A stretch of 64,000 bases of DNA from Dictyostelium discoideum (lineage: Eukaryota), in contig CM000151.3 of the NCBI GenBank assembly GCA_000004695.1, positions 5,152,001 to 5,216,000 on the forward strand. The letters run 5' to 3'. Position numbers and translations under genes: made by a program. The notes beneath the pieces were generated by a model. It was not told where the DNA came from, did no database searches, and was given only the letters and a program-made list of their open reading frames with translations. Below are positions 15,778 to 30,767 of this stretch, piece by piece. How positions within the stretch are numbered: position 1 is the stretch's first letter; the number at the start of each line of letters is the position of its first letter.

Positions 15778-16603
15778 ATGGAAAAGGAAAAAAAGAAAAG
15801 TGGTGGTTGCTATTGTGGGCCACCAATAGAAGAGCAAATGGAGAATAAACAAGAAAATGAAATAAATAAAATAGATAATAATAGTGATAATAATAATAAT
15901 AATAATAAAGAGGAACTAGATACAACAAGATCAGAAAAAAGAAGAAAATGTTGTGATATGTGCCAATGTAATAACAATAAAAAAAAGAAAAGAAAGAATA
16001 AAAAGAAAAATAATGAAATTGATAGTAGCAGTGGTAGTGATGATGAAAGTGAATATAGTAGTGAGGAAGAAGATGAAAATGAAGATGAAGATGAAGATAA
16101 AATGAAAAGAAAAAAATCAAATAAAAAGAAATCTGATGAAGATAATAATAGTGGTAGTAAAAGAAGATCTCAATTAAATAATTATAACAATAATAATACT
16201 TTTAAAAATGAATCGGAAGATGAAATTTATGATTTTGAAGAGCAAAGTTTTGAAAATGATAGTGAATATAGTCAAAGAATTATCAACAATAGAATACCAC
16301 TAAGACCTGATAGAACAAGAGATGGATCACCCGATTCTTCATATTCATCATCAACTACAACAAATAAAGATTTCAATCATGGTGGTGGTCAACAAAAGAT
16401 TCAATGTTGTGATAAATGTTCAAAGGATAATAGACCAAATGGTAGAGCTTGTTTATGTCAAGTTCCATCGACTCACAGAAGAGGAATTTTAGGTGAAAGT
16501 GGATGTATTACTTGTGGTTGTGTTGGTTGTCATCCAACCGATGTATTGGAAACAAAATCATCAAGTAGTTTTATAATAACAAATAATAGCAATAGCAATA
16601 GCA

Positions 16604-16681
<78 letters not shown>

Positions 16682-17757
16682 GTAATAAAAACAATAATAA
16701 CAGTGATGTTGGTATTAATAAAAGTTCAAATAGCAACAATGGTAATAGTGTTGATGAATTAAAAAATGGTTGTTGTAGACCATGTATGAAAGCATTTTCT
16801 GAAAATGATAAAGCATGTTTATGTCAAGTACCAAGTAGTGTAAGATTAGGTGTTCTACCAGAAGGTGGTTGTAGGATTTGTAAATGTAAAGGATGTCATC
16901 CTGAAGAATTCACAAAGAAAAGATTCGATGGTAGAGGAGTAGGTAATGGAAAAAGAATTTTACCATATCAACAACAACAACAATCATCATCACAACAATA
17001 CCATCATATTGATTCTCGTAACCCTTATGATGATTTTTATGGTAGATATCCACCAATTCCACATCATTTCTATCCACCACCACCTCCACCACCTCCACAA
17101 TATAGGGGTCATCACCATCATCATCCACCACCACCTCATCACCATGCATATCCACATCCACCTCCCTATTCAGGTTACCCAGATATTCATCATCCACATC
17201 CACCACTTTGGGATGGATATGATTCAAGAGATCCAAGAGGGGTTTTAGGTGGTTATGGACCTGATAAGAAATCATCATACAGAGATAATGGTATGGTTGG
17301 TGGATTTGAAAGAGATCGTTCAAAAGAAAGAATAATCGATAATAGATCTGATTATAGTGATAGAGATTATTCAAGAGGAAGAGATAGAGAATTTGATGAT
17401 AGAGATTTATCTAGAGAAAGTACAAGATCAAGAGATCGTTCAAGAGAAAGAGACAGAACAAGATCAAGAGATCGTTCAAGAGAAAGATATACAAATGATA
17501 ATAGTACAAATAATAGCAATTATAATAATACTAATAATAGTAGTAATAACAACAATAATATAAATAATAAATATAAAGAAAATTACTATGGTGGTGGTAC
17601 TTATAGTGAAGATGATTTTGGTAAATCTCAAACAACTAAAGATTATGATTTATATGAGAAAGAAAATCAATATGAAAAAAAGAAAGAATCTGATTGGTAT
17701 TCTCCAAATTATACCTTTAGTAATAATAATAATAATAATAATAATAAAAGAATATAA
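15778..17757 (+). CDS. protein with two tandem G10/Bud31-type cysteine-rich zinc-binding motifs, His/Pro-rich region and RS/RD-rich C-terminus
   Basis: Single 659-codon ORF with aaaATG context. Two copies of the motif CC-x2-C-x9-ACLCQVP-x10-GC-x2-C-x-C-x-GCHP are present:
- QKIQCCDKCSKDNRPNGRACLCQVPSTHRRGILGESGCITCGCVGCHP
- GCCRPCMKAFSENDKACLCQVPSSVRLGVLPEGGCRICKCKGCHP
These resemble the Bud31/G10 C-terminus (...CC.RC......NCICRVPK......C.HCGCRGC).
The C-terminal half has PPPPPPP/HHHH runs and RDRSRERDRTRSRDRSRER repeats. Confidence 0.7.
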
Positions 17758-17794
17758 ATAATAATAAATAATAATTAATAATAAATAATAATAA

Positions 17795-17825
<31 letters not shown>

Positions 17826-18227
17826 TTAAAGAAAAAAAAAATCTTTTAAATTTTAATAAATCTAAATTGTAAATTTTAATTATTCAAACTTTAACTTTTT
17901 ATTTTTATTTTTTTTTTTTATTTAAATATCCATACATTTGAATTTATTAGTAAGTGAATTGACATTTATTTTCATTTTACCCTTTTTTTTTCCCCAACAT
18001 TTCAATCAAAAGGAATTTCATATGTGTACACCTCTCATTTTTTTTAATAAATAAAATAAAATAAATAATTTGGGTCACATAAAACAAAGATAAAAAAAAA
18101 AAAAAAAAAAAAATATTATTATTATTATATATTTTTTATTATTTATTATTCTTTTTTTATTTTTTTGTGATCAATGGAAAAATAGAAGAAGATTCATCTA
18201 TTGATGTTGAATTTAAAACGAGATAAT

Positions 18228-19282
18228 TTAATTAGCACCATCAACACTTGGTAAAATAACTTGTGGATCTGGGTACCAATAATTACCATTTGGATTAACA
18301 TTACCAACTCCCATTACATTTTCACAATTATTTAAATAAAATTGTTTCATCATTTTAATATCATGAATTTTTAATTGATACTCTTTTGCATTTGCAACTT
18401 TTCTACAAAATAATTTATCAAATAAAACTTTTCTAAACTTTATTTTATAAAAAAAAAAAAAATATATAAATATTTAATATTAATAATTTTAAAAAAGTAA
18501 AAATAAAATAATTATAAACTTACACCATTTTTTGATAAATATTCATGTGAACCAATTGAATAATATAAATCTTCATTACCTTTATCACAAATTAATATTG
18601 GTCTTCCTTGAGTTGTGAATTTATGAGAACCCAAGTATAATGAAACTTGATCAACCATAACACCATAATATTGTTTAATTAAATCAATAGATGTTGGTTT
18701 AACATTACCATTTAAATTATAGAATGAAATGATATTATTAATGATTGTTTCAGATGGTTCTTCAATATTTGTACCCAATAAAATTGTATGATTTGTATTA
18801 TTTTTAGTTTGTTCCATTATCAATTCAAATTTATTTAATAATTCTAGTGCATTACAATGTTTTAATAATAATTTAAAATCACCATAAAAAATAACTCTGA
18901 TATTGGTTTCTTTATACATTTTAACTAATTGTTCATTCTCTAATAGTTCTGATAAACCTTGTAAATATTGAATGAAATATGAGAGATAATCAGATGACTT
19001 ATCTTCAATTTTATCACACCACATTGGAACACAAATTGTTTTAATACCATGTTGACACATCATAACCAAATCATACAACAATTTATTAATTGAAACATTT
19101 GGAGCCATTGCTGTTGAACATTGATCAATATTCTCCATATCATTTTCATTATTAGAATTTAATTTAAAAGTTGATCCATCAAAAGCATAAACAATTGTAT
19201 TATTACCTGAAAGTTTTTCAATAACAATTTCACTAATTTCCTTATCACTTAATTTATTAAAATTTTCAAAACTAGTAACCAT
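18228..19282 (-). CDS. hypothetical conserved protein, 2 exons (function unknown)
   Basis: Minus-strand exon 1 is 19282..18524, ending ...SKNG with GTAAGT donor at 18523. The acceptor is ATAAAATAAAG at 18438. Exon 2 is 18437..18228 (FRKVLFDKLFCRKVANAKEYQLKIHDIKMMKQFYLNNCENVMGVGNVNPNGNYWYPDPQVILPSVDGAN*). The phase is 0/0, the composition is globular and there is no low-complexity sequence. A weak, unverified resemblance to the central region of cis-prenyltransferase-like proteins (IRVIFYGDF...LLGTN) is noted. Confidence 0.55.
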
Positions 19283-19834
19283 TTTTACTACTACAACTAC
19301 TACTACTATTAAATTATTAAATTTATTATTGTATAAATGAAAAAATTAAAAAAAAAAAAAAATAAAAAACTATTTTATAATTAAAATTAAAATATTATAA
19401 AATTATGTATTTTAAAATTTATCTATCAAAAAATTAAAAATATTTAAAAATTTTTATATAAAAAAAAAAAAGTGATTAACATTCTTATTTTAATTTGTGG
19501 AGATTAGTTCTATTTTTTTTTTTATTTTTTTTGACTATTATTTTTGGTTTTTATTGAAATAATTTAAACACTTTTTTTTAAAATGTTAAAATAATTTTTT
19601 TATAAAATAATTCATCAATTTAACACCTCTTATATTTATTATTTAAAAAATAATAATAATAATAATGTAATGAATATTACATTTTATAATAATCAATAAT
19701 AATAAATAATAAATAATAAATAATAAATAATAATAATAAATAATAATTTAATAATAATAATGAAACGTATCCAAATTGCGCATTTTTCGTTGTTTTTATA
19801 AAAAAGTCAGGTAAAATTTCAAAATGCAAAAATT

Positions 19835-19923
19835 CTGGTCCTACTGAGATTCGAACTCAGATTCTCAGATGTCTTCGGTGATGATTTTCAGAGTCTGATG
19901 TGCTAACCGTTACACCATAGAAC
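19835..19923 (-). tRNA. tRNA-Gln (anticodon CUG) with a 17-nt intron
   Basis: The minus strand reads GGTTCTATGGTGTAACGGTTAGCACA TCAGA CTCTGA[AAATCATCACCGAAGAC]A TCTGA GAAT CTGAG TTCGAAT CTCAG TAGGACC A. The cloverleaf has a 7-bp acceptor stem (one G-U), a D-arm GTG/CAC, a 5-bp anticodon stem, U33-CUG-A37, an intron immediately 3' of position 37, and a T-loop TTCGAAT. The mature length is 72 nt. A T5 run follows the 3' end. Confidence 0.75.
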
Positions 19924-20499
19924 CAACATAAATAAATTCGCTCTGTATTTATAAAAAATTTATTTGGTATAAACTCTTTTTTAAAGAAAAAAAACTTGGG
20001 GGAAAAAAAAAACTAGAATATCTAAAAAAAAAAACCAGATATAAAGAAAATAGTTTAATTAAAAAAAAAAAAAAAAAAAAAAAATTATTTGGTTTTCCTC
20101 ACATTATCATTTGGACAGATTCCAATACTTTGCCAAATTTGGTAAAAATATTTTCAATTATTTGGGTGTGAAATAAAAAAACTAATTAAATATTTTTTAT
20201 ATTAATTTTTATTTTTATTTTTATTTATATTTTTTTATTTATTTTTTATTTTTATTTTTCATATTTTTTTTTGGTGATATTTAAATTTTTTTTCAAGGAA
20301 ATTTATTAACTGAGAAATTTTTCAGTTACCTTCTTTTTTTTTTCTTTTTTTTTTTTTATTTTTTTTTTTTTTTAAATTTTTATTTTTATTTTTTTATTTT
20401 TTATTTTTGTATCCCTTTTTCTCTTCTTTCTTTTTTTTTTCCCCCAACTTTTTATTTTTTTTATTTTTTTTTTTTATTATTTTCTAAATATTTTAAATA

Positions 20500-20813
20500 A
20501 TGAGTGAAAAGAAATGCAAACAATGTAGTGGAGAATTAGCATATGAAGGAGATATGGTTGTATGTACAATTTGTGCAACAGTTCAAGAGGAATTTGTCTT
20601 GGTAGCCGATCATCAAGATTTAAATGTTGTTAGTGTTGATAGAAGTACTTCAAAATATAATGGTAAAAGAACATACTTTAATAGAAATTCAAGTTCTCAA
20701 GAATATTATGAAAAAGTAAATATAAATTTTTTTAAATTTTTTTTTTTTTATAAAATTTTCCACAATGAACAAACACTCACCCACACATATTATTAAAGTT
20801 GTATACTAACATA

Positions 20814-20844
<31 letters not shown>

Positions 20845-21707
20845 TTTAATTAATTAGTTTGAAAATAAATTAAGTATTATTTGTAATTTATTAAAATTAG
20901 GTGAAAGTACAAAAATTCAAATGAGAAATCATTATTATTTAGCATATGCAAAATGGAGGAAAATAAAAAGAGTTGATAGAAATTTCGAATATGTTTGTGC
21001 AGCGCTAGCATATATTTCCACTAGAAAAGAGGATAAAGGATTATGTTTAATGGATATTGGAATTAGATTAAATTTAAAGTATTATACAATTGGTGTTTTA
21101 TCAATGAAAATTCAAAGTGCAGCAGGTATTAAAGTTGATATTTTACCAGAATTTGGATACATGGAAAGAGGTGTACAAATATTACGTAAACTTTATTTTT
21201 ATACACGTGAAGAATGTGAAGCCATTAAAAGATTGGCATCGGAATTAGTGAAATTTTCAAAAGTACGTGGAATTGCAGAGGGAAGAACACCAACAAGCAC
21301 CTATTGTTCAAGTTTATACCTTGCTCAACTTCATAAATTATCGACACTTAGTGACTACAATGCAGAGAATGATAGTGCAAGTTCGTACCTTGAAAATTCT
21401 CAAATAACAACATTGGTTCAGTCACCTGTAAAAAAGAGAAAATTAAAAACTAAAACTGCAAATTCCATTACAATGCAACCCTATCTAAATGATTTAAACA
21501 CTGAAATGAATGCACCAATCCATGCAACTCGTTTAAGAGTTAAAGAATTGGAAAGTCATCTTTTAGCTCATGCTCAATCAAATTCAATGTTTTCAACATT
21601 TGTAAATGAAAAGAACATTTATCAATGGATACCATTATTATTAAAAGATTTTTTCATTATGACTTCAGATATTAATAAAAAAGATAATCAAGATGATAAT
21701 AATCAAG

Positions 21708-21750
<43 letters not shown>

Positions 21751-22591
21751 TGATTCACAAGATGAAGCAAATTTAGAAAGAGAAATTGAAAATGATAATG
21801 ATGAATATGATAGTGATAGTGATGATAATGATAATAATAATAATAATAATATTGCTGTTGACGATGAGAATCTAAACAATAATAAAATTAAAAGTGTAAA
21901 TAATATTAATGTAAATGTAAATAATAATAATAATGATAATAATAATAAAAGAATTAAAAAAGATTATCAAAATAAAAGTAGTGATACTGGTGGTGGTAGT
22001 GATATTAATATGTCAATGGAAATTGGTAGTAGTGAAGATGAAGTTAGTAGTAGTTTTATGAATTCATCTGATTTTGGTGGTGGTGATGAATCATCATCAT
22101 CATCTTATAGTGGTCATCAATTAGGTTCAAAAAGTGGTAAAAAACATTTTTACAAAATGATAATTTCACAATCAAGTATTCCTCCACCACCATCTTATAT
22201 TTTATCACTCTATAAAAGTATTGAAAGAAAACTTTGTGTCATTCATGCAAAGTTTAGATTGGCCTATAATGGTGGATATGATAAAAAGAAAATCACACAA
22301 CAAGATCAACAATTCTTTCAACAATACAAGAGATACTATCCAACTCAACAATCAAAGAAACAAAATTTAGAAATTGAAAAACTTTTGATTAATAATATCG
22401 ATGAGTCAATCATTTTAGAAGGTTTCAAAGATTTCGATGAAATTGAATTGGAAAAATATCTCAAAGAAAATAGTGATCTCTTTAAAAAAGAAGATTTAAA
22501 TGAAACTGATATCTCTGATGATAATTTAAGTCTTTATTTAAAATCTCCCGATGAAAAATTATTTTTTCAACAAATCCAAGAAAATTATTAA
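20500..22591 (+). CDS. TFIIB-like factor: N-terminal zinc ribbon + cyclin-fold region (TFIIB/Brf/Rrn7 family), with poly-N/D acidic insert
   Basis: Zinc ribbon CKQCSGELAYEGDMVVCTICATVQEE (C-x2-C-x11-C-x2-C with the GD.VC..C motif). Phase-consistent splice: exon 1 is 20500..20662 (donor G|GTAAAAG, carry 1) and exon 2 is 20901..22591 (acceptor AAAATTAG, supplies 2). The alternative GTAAAT donor at 20716 is phase-incompatible. The core ...YLAYAKWRKIKRVDRNFEYVCAALAYISTRKEDKGLCLMDIG... looks like a cyclin fold. Confidence 0.55.
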
Positions 22592-22738
22592 TAATTTTTT
22601 TTTTTTTTTTTTTTACCAATAAATAAATAAATAAATAAATATAAATAAATAAATATAAATAAATAAATTTTCTTTTTTTTAAAAAAAAATCAATTATTTT
22701 TTGCTATTTATTATTATTTTAACAGTAAATATTAAAAC

Positions 22739-22866
<128 letters not shown>

Positions 22867-23454
22867 TTTTGGAAATCGACATATCTATTTTTATTTTATT
22901 ATTTTTTTTATTTATTTTAATTTTTTGATTTTTTTAATTTTTTTTAATTTTTTTTTCTCATTTAACATATGTTCCAGTACATGATCATTATTTTTATTAT
23001 TTTTATTTTTTTTTTTTTCCATTTTTTTTTTTATTTTTTCAAAATTTTTTTTTTTTTTATTTTTTTTTTATTTTTTTAATTTTTTTTTTTTTACTTTAAT
23101 TTTTTTCAACATAAATTCATACACCTCCTTTTTTAATTTTTAACCACACTTCATATAATAGAGAAAAAAAAAAAAAAAAAAATAATATTAATAAACTTAT
23201 CATAAACTCACTCACTGACATTCCTTCATCCTATGTAATTTGAAATTTATCCCTAATTAAAGAAATAGAATTATAATAGAATGGTAGACCAAGATAAAAT
23301 AAAGCCAAAGCAACAGCAAAATAATTTTTCAAATAATAATAATAATAATGATAGTACACAATTAAATAATAATAATAATAATAATAATAATGACAAAAAA
23401 AAGCAAAATATTTCAAATAATAATAATAATAATAATAATAATAGTACACAATTA

Positions 23455-23523
<69 letters not shown>

Positions 23524-23883
23524 CAAAATACTATAAATAATAATAAAATAAATTCAAAACAAACACCTATAAATACAACCAATACAAATACTACAAATAC
23601 TACAAATACAACTACAAATACAACTACAACAAATATCCCAACAAATACAAATACCACAACAAATACAAACACCGCAACAAATACAACAAATACAACAAAT
23701 AATACAACAAATACCACAACAAATACAAATGCACCAACAAACACAACAACAAATAAAATAAATAATACTACAACGGCAAATAGTATAGAAAAACCTATAA
23801 TTACAAATGGTACTTTAAATAATAATATGAATTTTAGAAATGCTAATAATAAAATTAATATAAATGAAACAAATAATATTAAA

Positions 23884-23977
<94 letters not shown>

Positions 23978-24407
23978 TAGATAAAGTTTTAAATAGTAGT
24001 CAAGAAGATGATAGTTATAATACAACAATAGATATGAGCTCTTTTGAAAAAAGTTCAACAGATATAAATGGTATTAATTATTCAAACTACAACAATTACT
24101 ATAACGGTTACAGTTATGCTGTAACAAATAATAGTTTTTCCTATGTCAACAGTGGTAGTAATACCACTGATAATCGTATAATCAACAGTAGTTATAATCT
24201 TCATTATCAACAACCACAACAAATACATTATCAACCTATACAGCATCACCATTATCAACAACATCAACAAAAATATTATTCACAACCTACTTATACACAT
24301 CCACAATTATTACAGCAGCAGCAACAACAACAACAACAGCAACAACCTCAACAACAACCATTACATCCACCACAATACCAAAAACAATATCAACAACAAA
24401 TACATAT

Positions 24408-24474
<67 letters not shown>

Positions 24475-25094
24475 ATATATATACAACATCAACACCAACA
24501 CCAACCACAACAACAACCACAACAACAACCACAACAACAACAACATTCTCCAAAACAAACATCTCCAAAATCAAAATCACAACAAACACCAACAGCATTA
24601 ATATCAACACCAACACCAACATCAAAACCAATCTCAACAAAAATAGAAAAACCGGAAAAACAACAAGAGAAAAAACAAGAAAAATCGGAAAAACAAGAAA
24701 AAGAACAAGAACAACAATCATCACTCCTACAACAACAACCACAAGAAAATAAAACAAACTTTGAAAATGTTAATAATTTAATTTTAAATAGTAATGAACC
24801 AATCTCAAGTTTTGTTGCTTCAGATATGACCGAGTTAACAGAGGAATCAATAAATTCGATTTCATGTGTCTCATTTGGTAATTTTACAGTCGAACATTGG
24901 AAAGCCGTAACAATCTCTCCTTTGGTATTTTTACCCGATGAATTTTATATATATCCAATTAAAAATAATAATAATACAACAATCACAACCACCACTACAA
25001 ATAATACAAAATCAAACTCACCAACAAAAAATAAAGATAATTATATAATACCCCATAATAATAATAATAATACTGGAAACTTTGAATACCTATT

Positions 25095-27844
<2,750 letters not shown>

Positions 27845-28077
27845 AAAATAACAATAACAATAACTATAACCATAAAGAAATAAAAATAAAGAAAAAAGAA
27901 CAAAAAAAAAAAAAAACAAAAAATAAAAAAAAAGAATTAAAAAAATAAAAAAACCTTTACTTTAAAAAAAAAATAAAAAAAACAAATAAATAAATAAAAT
28001 ATTAATCTTTATTTACCCCCAAAAAAAAACACATCTTTTTTTTAAAAGTGAAGTTTCAATATTTTAAGACTTTACCT

Positions 28078-28740
28078 TTAAAAAAAAAAAAAATAAATAA
28101 ATAAAAAATAAAATATTATCAATATTTCTTTTAAACATGCATGTTTTGGAAAAGTGTATGGAATTATGATACCTTTTAAAATGATTTTACCGTCAATGAG
28201 AATTTCGATTTCTTTATTCTCTGAATTGTAAATTATTTTTACACATTTATCAACACCATCATTGATTTCATTGAAACTATTACCCAATGAATATTGATGA
28301 CTAGTTTATAGGGATTGGTTTGGAGTTGGTCTTTGAATAGAATTATGGTTAGAACAAGGATCACCCATTTCTTGATTGCTAAATGTATCAAATTCTATTG
28401 CAATTATACCATTTGCCATTTGATTATAGCCCAACTCACTCCCAGCTTGCTTAATTTCATTAATTCCATTTGTTTGAAGAATAAAAGCAAATCCATCAGC
28501 ACCTCTTCTTGAGACATTAAATGTAAATTCACATTGAAACCCATTATCTATTGTTACTTTTTTTCTACTCCAAATTGAACCAACTTTGCCTTGTAATGAG
28601 GGTGTTAGTTGAATAATCATATCACCACCTTTTTTGTTGGAAATAATTTGGCAGATCCATTTAGTTTATAACCTTTTTCTAAATTATAATTTTCAGAATA
28701 ATCAATCATCAGTTTTAAATTAAATAAAAAATTATATGGT
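28078..28740 (-). pseudogene. inverted, decayed partial copy of the L-type lectin gene at 29844..30767
   Basis: The minus strand encodes MIIQLTPSLQGKVGSIWSRKKVTIDNGFQCEFTFNVSRRGADGFAFILQTNGINEIKQAGSELGYNQMANGIIAIEFDTF..., about 90% identical to the plus-strand gene. Three lesions are visible: a 1-nt deletion in the upstream YSENYNLEKGYKLNGSA region, an in-frame TCA->TAA nonsense change at 28306-28308, and loss of the C-terminus after PYTFPK at the inversion breakpoint (~28141). Confidence 0.7.
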
Positions 28741-28850
28741 TATTGGTTTTTAATAAAATTAGAAAACTTTATTGGAAATTATAATTTAGTTTTTTTTTTT
28801 TTAAATTATTATTTCGTTTTTTTTTTTTTTTTTAATTCTTTTAACTCATA

Positions 28851-29340
28851 GGTATCGCCAGTACCTCAAACAACCTTTTTGTATTCCTTTTAGATTTAAT
28901 TCATCAAGAATTTTTATCATTAATGAGTAAGTTTTTTTTTAAAAAAAAAACAAATTAATAACTCCAATATTATGAATCAGTTACACTAACAATAACAAAA
29001 AATCAACTTCAACTTCAACATTAACATCAACTTCAAACATCATCAATTTTTAATTATAGTTGGTAAAAAGGGTAAAACTGCAATCATTACAAATGTATAT
29101 ATTTTCTTTTTTTATAAAAATAAATAAATAAATAAATAAATAAAAAAAAAGAAAACTAATAAAAACAAAAAAAAAAAAAATTTACATTTAGATATTAGGC
29201 CAGATGAGATTAATGGTAGGTTTATCTCAAGGTCAATACATTTGTGATGTCTATCAACCACAACAATCCCAATGGATTAGATATGATTATTCAACTTTAT
29301 TGAAATAAAAGAACAAGATGATTTATCTATTTTATTAAAT
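28851..29340 (+). pseudogene. decayed DNA-level copy of the USP gene 3' exons/introns (exon deletions)
   Basis: Blocks match 26700-27800 at ~85-90% identity:
- ggtatcgccagtacctcaaacaacc
- ttccttttagatttaattcatcaagaatttttatcattaatgagtaagttttt
- ttggtaaaaagggtaaaactgcaatcattacaaatgtatat
- tttacatttagatattaggccagatgagattaatgg
- ...tgtgatgtctatcaaccacaacaatcccaatggattagatatgatta
Intron sequence is retained, so this is not a retrocopy. Large parts of the exons are missing, so the copy is non-coding. Confidence 0.65.
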
Positions 29341-29356
29341 CAACTTTTTAGTTGGG

Positions 29357-29399
<43 letters not shown>

Positions 29400-29843
29400 A
29401 GAATTAAAACCAAAAAAAACTTTAATTAAAATAATAACAACCATAACCAAAAGAAATGAAAAAAGAACGAAAAAAAAAACAAAAAATAAAAAAAGAATTA
29501 AAACTAAAAAACTTTACTTTTATAAAAAAAAAAAAAATAAATATTTATCTTTATTTATTCCCAAAGAAAAACACCTTTTTTTTAAAAGGCAAAAGTTTAA
29601 ATTTTTATTTGAAAATTTACCTTTAAAAAAAAAAAAGAATATAAAATATTATCAATATTTCTTCTTTTTTTTTTTCCCCCAAGTCCCAAAAAAAAAAAAA
29701 GAAAACTTTTTTTTCTTTTTTTTTTTAGAAATTTAAAATTTTTTTGAAAAAATTATTTTTAGCTTTTAAAACACGTTGGTTAATATTTTTGTTTTTTTTG
29801 TTTAAATATTTTTTTTTTTTTTTTTTAACAAATAAATTTAAAA

Positions 29844-30767
29844 ATGATAGGTGAAAAAAGAAAAAGAATTGAATTAATTAATCTACAAGAAGTTTTGAAA
29901 GGTAGAAAAAGAAATGTGAATAAAGAAAAAGTAACAGTTAAAAAAACCAAATCAAAACCAATAAAAAATTCAAAGTCAGCAATAATAACAACTAAATTCA
30001 GTTGTGTTCCTACTACCGCCATTACTACTAAAAGTCAAAGCAAAAACTTAAAAGCCCCAACAAAAACCAAACCAACAATAGAAAATGAATTTATAAAAGA
30101 AAATGATGATATTGATTATTCTGAAAATTATAATTTAGAAAAAGGTTATAAACTAAATGGATCTGCCCAAATTGTAACAAACAAAGAATGTGGTGATATG
30201 ATTATTCAACTAACACCCTCATTACAAGGCCAAGTTGGTTCAATTTGGAGTAGAAAAAAAGTAACAATAGATAATGGATTTCAATGTGAATTTACATTTA
30301 ATGTCTCAAGAAGAGGTGCTGATGGATTTGCTTTTATTCTTCAAACAAATGGAATTAATGAAATTAAGCAAATTGGGGGTGAGTTGGGCTATAATCAAAT
30401 GGCAAATGGTGTAATTGCAATAGAATTTGATACATTTCATAATCGAGAAATGGGTGATCCTTATTATAACCATATCTCAATACAAAGACCAACTCCAAAC
30501 CAATCCCTATCAACTAATCATCAATATTCGTTGGGTTCTTATCATTCCAATTCAATTAATAATGGTGTTGATCAACGTGTAAAAATAATTTACAATTCAG
30601 AGAATAAAGAAATCGAAATTCTCATTGATGGTACAATCATTTTAAAAGGTATCAAAATTCCATACACTTTTCCTAAATATGCATATTTTGGATTTACTGC
30701 TTCAACAGGAAAGCAAAAACAAATCCATCAAATAAAAGGTTGTAGATTTAATTCAGTTTTAAATTAA
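29844..30767 (+). CDS. L-type (legume-like) lectin-domain protein with basic N-terminal extension, no signal peptide
   Basis: 307-codon ORF containing:
- GYKLNGSAQIVTNKECGDMIIQLTPSLQGQVGSIWSRKKVTIDNGFQCEFTFNVS
- GADGFAFILQ
- GGELGYNQ
- AIEFDTFHNREMGDPYYNHISI
- a C-terminal FGFTASTG
These fit the concanavalin-like L-type lectin fold motifs. The N-terminus MIGEKRKRIELINLQEVLKGRKRNVNKEKVTVKKTKSKP is highly basic. Confidence 0.65.
   Translation: MIGEKRKRIELINLQEVLKGRKRNVNKEKVTVKKTKSKPIKNSKSAIITTKFSCVPTTAITTKSQSKNLKAPTKTKPTIENEFIKENDDIDYSENYNLEKGYKLNGSAQIVTNKECGDMIIQLTPSLQGQVGSIWSRKKVTIDNGFQCEFTFNVSRRGADGFAFILQTNGINEIKQIGGELGYNQMANGVIAIEFDTFHNREMGDPYYNHISIQRPTPNQSLSTNHQYSLGSYHSNSINNGVDQRVKIIYNSENKEIEILIDGTIILKGIKIPYTFPKYAYFGFTASTGKQKQIHQIKGCRFNSVLN

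Noticed and set aside
16530-17563. Minus-strand ORFs 16530..16739 and 16910..17374, and plus-strand 16946..17248 and 17357..17563
   Set aside because: They overlap the sense G10-like gene. They are antisense or shifted readings of the poly-N, poly-H/P and RDRS repeats.
18512-19282. Assignment of the 18228..19282 gene as a cis-prenyltransferase (DHDDS/NUS1-like) based on IRVIFYGDF...TKNNTNHTILLGTN
   Set aside because: The resemblance is to a short stretch only. The DGNRR/RxG catalytic motifs are not seen, so it is kept as hypothetical.
19924-20100. Possible retrotransposon (TRE5/DGLT-A-type) upstream of the tRNA genes
   Set aside because: Inspection of ~300 bp upstream of both tRNA genes (19924-20250 and 45788-46090) shows only A/T-rich unique sequence. 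No LTR, ORF or terminal repeat is visible.
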